NCBI GenBank assembly: GCA_903831925.1
Contig: CAIKZV010000153.1
Location: forward strand, 1 to 28,109
Length of the DNA stretch: 28,109 nucleotides
DNA from: an uncultured Burkholderiales bacterium
Lineage (GTDB): Bacteria; Pseudomonadota; Gammaproteobacteria; Burkholderiales; Burkholderiaceae_E
Direction: 5' to 3'
Shown here: positions 27,217 to 28,109 of the stretch, one piece after another
Position numbering within the stretch: the first letter of the stretch is position 1
How the letters are laid out: each line of letters opens with the position of its first letter
The notes under the pieces: generated by a model
Databases searched by the model: none
Told to the model about the DNA's origin: nothing
The model's input: only the letters and a program-made list of their open reading frames with translations
Made by a program: the position numbers and the translations under genes

Positions 27217-28109
27217 TCAAGCGGTCGCGTTGCTGGCGGGGGTGGGCGCGGCCATCTGCGCCATCATGCGTTCGCGGTGCAGATGCGCATCGCCGAACAG
27301 CGCCTCCGAACTCTTGGCCCGCTTGAACCACAGGTGCGTGTCGTTGTCCCAGGTAAAGCCGATGCCGCCATGGATCTGGATGGCGTGGATGGCGGTCTGC
27401 AGATAGGCGTCGCTTGCGCAGGCCTTGGTGAGTGATGCGGTGACCGCGATATCGGCATCCTGTTCGTCGAGCGCGGCAGCCGCGAAATAGGCCGCCGATT
27501 TGGCGAGTTCGACTTCGAGCAGCATGTCGGCCTGCTTGTGTTTCATCGACTGGAAAGCACCGATCACCCGGCCGAACTGCATGCGCATCATCGCGTAGGC
27601 GAGCGCGTCTTCGCGAAGGCGCGCCGCACCGCCGACCATCTCATTGGACAGGCAGATCGCGGCCTCGATCATGGTTTTCTCAAACGCAGCAGCAGCCTTG
27701 CCTTCCTCGCCGAGCAACTGGGCCTCGACATCGCTGAAGGTGAGGCGCGCAAGCTTGCGGGTCGGATCAAGCGTGGTGAGCGCACGGCGCGACAGCCCCG
27801 ATGCAGTGCCCTGAACGTTAAAGAGCGACAGGCCATCGTTGCCCGATGTGCCGGGGGCGCGGGCCAGCACCACGATCAGGTCGGCGCTGTGGCCATCGAG
27901 CACGAAGCTCTTGTGGCCGTTTAGCTGCCAGCGGTTGCCCGACTTCGTTGCGGTCAGCGTTGTGGCGGCAGCGTCCCACGAGCCGCCGTCTTCGGTGCTC
28001 GCCAGGGTGGCAATCGTCTCGCCCGAAGCGATCCCGGGCAACAGCGCCTGCTGCTGCATCGGCGTGCCGGCATTCAGGATGGCGCCGGCGCCCAGCACGG
28101 TGGAGGCGA
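27217..28109 (-). CDS. Acyl-CoA dehydrogenase family protein, C-terminal part (gene starts beyond the window end)
   Basis: Frame stays open to the window edge; LNGHKSFV, EMVGGA, RMQFGRVIGAFQSMKH, AIQIHGGIGFTWD...WFKRA. Confidence 0.9.
   Translation of the reverse strand, partial: ASTVLGAGAILNAGTPMQQQALLPGIASGETIATLASTEDGGSWDAAATTLTATKSGNRWQLNGHKSFVLDGHSADLIVVLARAPGTSGNDGLSLFNVQGTASGLSRRALTTLDPTRKLARLTFSDVEAQLLGEEGKAAAAFEKTMIEAAICLSNEMVGGAARLREDALAYAMMRMQFGRVIGAFQSMKHKQADMLLEVELAKSAAYFAAAALDEQDADIAVTASLTKACASDAYLQTAIHAIQIHGGIGFTWDNDTHLWFKRAKSSEALFGDAHLHRERMMAQMAAPTPASNATA

Noticed and set aside
25866-27326. Long opposite-strand or alternate-frame ORFs (486 aa here; also 7373-8596, 16583-17779, 20664-21734, 2921-3766)
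   Set aside because: They are shadows of well-supported genes, expected from GC-rich codon bias, and have no recognisable motifs.
1-28109. Mobile element, prophage, defence island or CRISPR array
   Set aside because: No transposase, integrase, terminal repeats, tRNA target, spaced repeats, nuclease motifs or obvious composition shift was seen.

Overview
GC-rich bacterial window, probably from a proteobacterium, with about 27 genes. No rRNA, tRNA, CRISPR array, transposase or integrase was recognised. Left to right: (1) the end of a sulfatase and a membrane 'fused MFS/spermidine synthase'-type protein; (2) a minus-strand signalling block of a membrane degenerate-GGDEF/intact-EAL protein, an H-NOX haem sensor and a coupled soluble hybrid histidine kinase; (3) a CYP153-like P450 without redox partners, an RNase Z-like MBL hydrolase and a RIO kinase; (4) a four-gene overlapping operon of a short J-domain protein plus three unannotatable proteins, matching the layout of the Shewanella atcJABC co-chaperone system but with a PX7F variant motif; (5) an MFS transporter coupled to an AiiA-like lactonase, two coupled kappa-GST/HCCA-isomerase paralogues and a PEP-CTERM protein; (6) a catabolic run of M20 amidohydrolase, NtaA-type flavin monooxygenase, thiolase, an unknown protein with a ferritin-like diiron ligand pattern, enoyl-CoA hydratase and a GMC dehydrogenase with its small subunit; (7) on the minus strand, a probable heteromeric acyl-CoA dehydrogenase pair coupled to kynureninase. 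The best candidates for undescribed biology are the RIO kinase next to the atc-like operon and the putative diiron enzyme embedded among CoA-thioester genes. All assignments come from motif recognition by eye; no database search was run.
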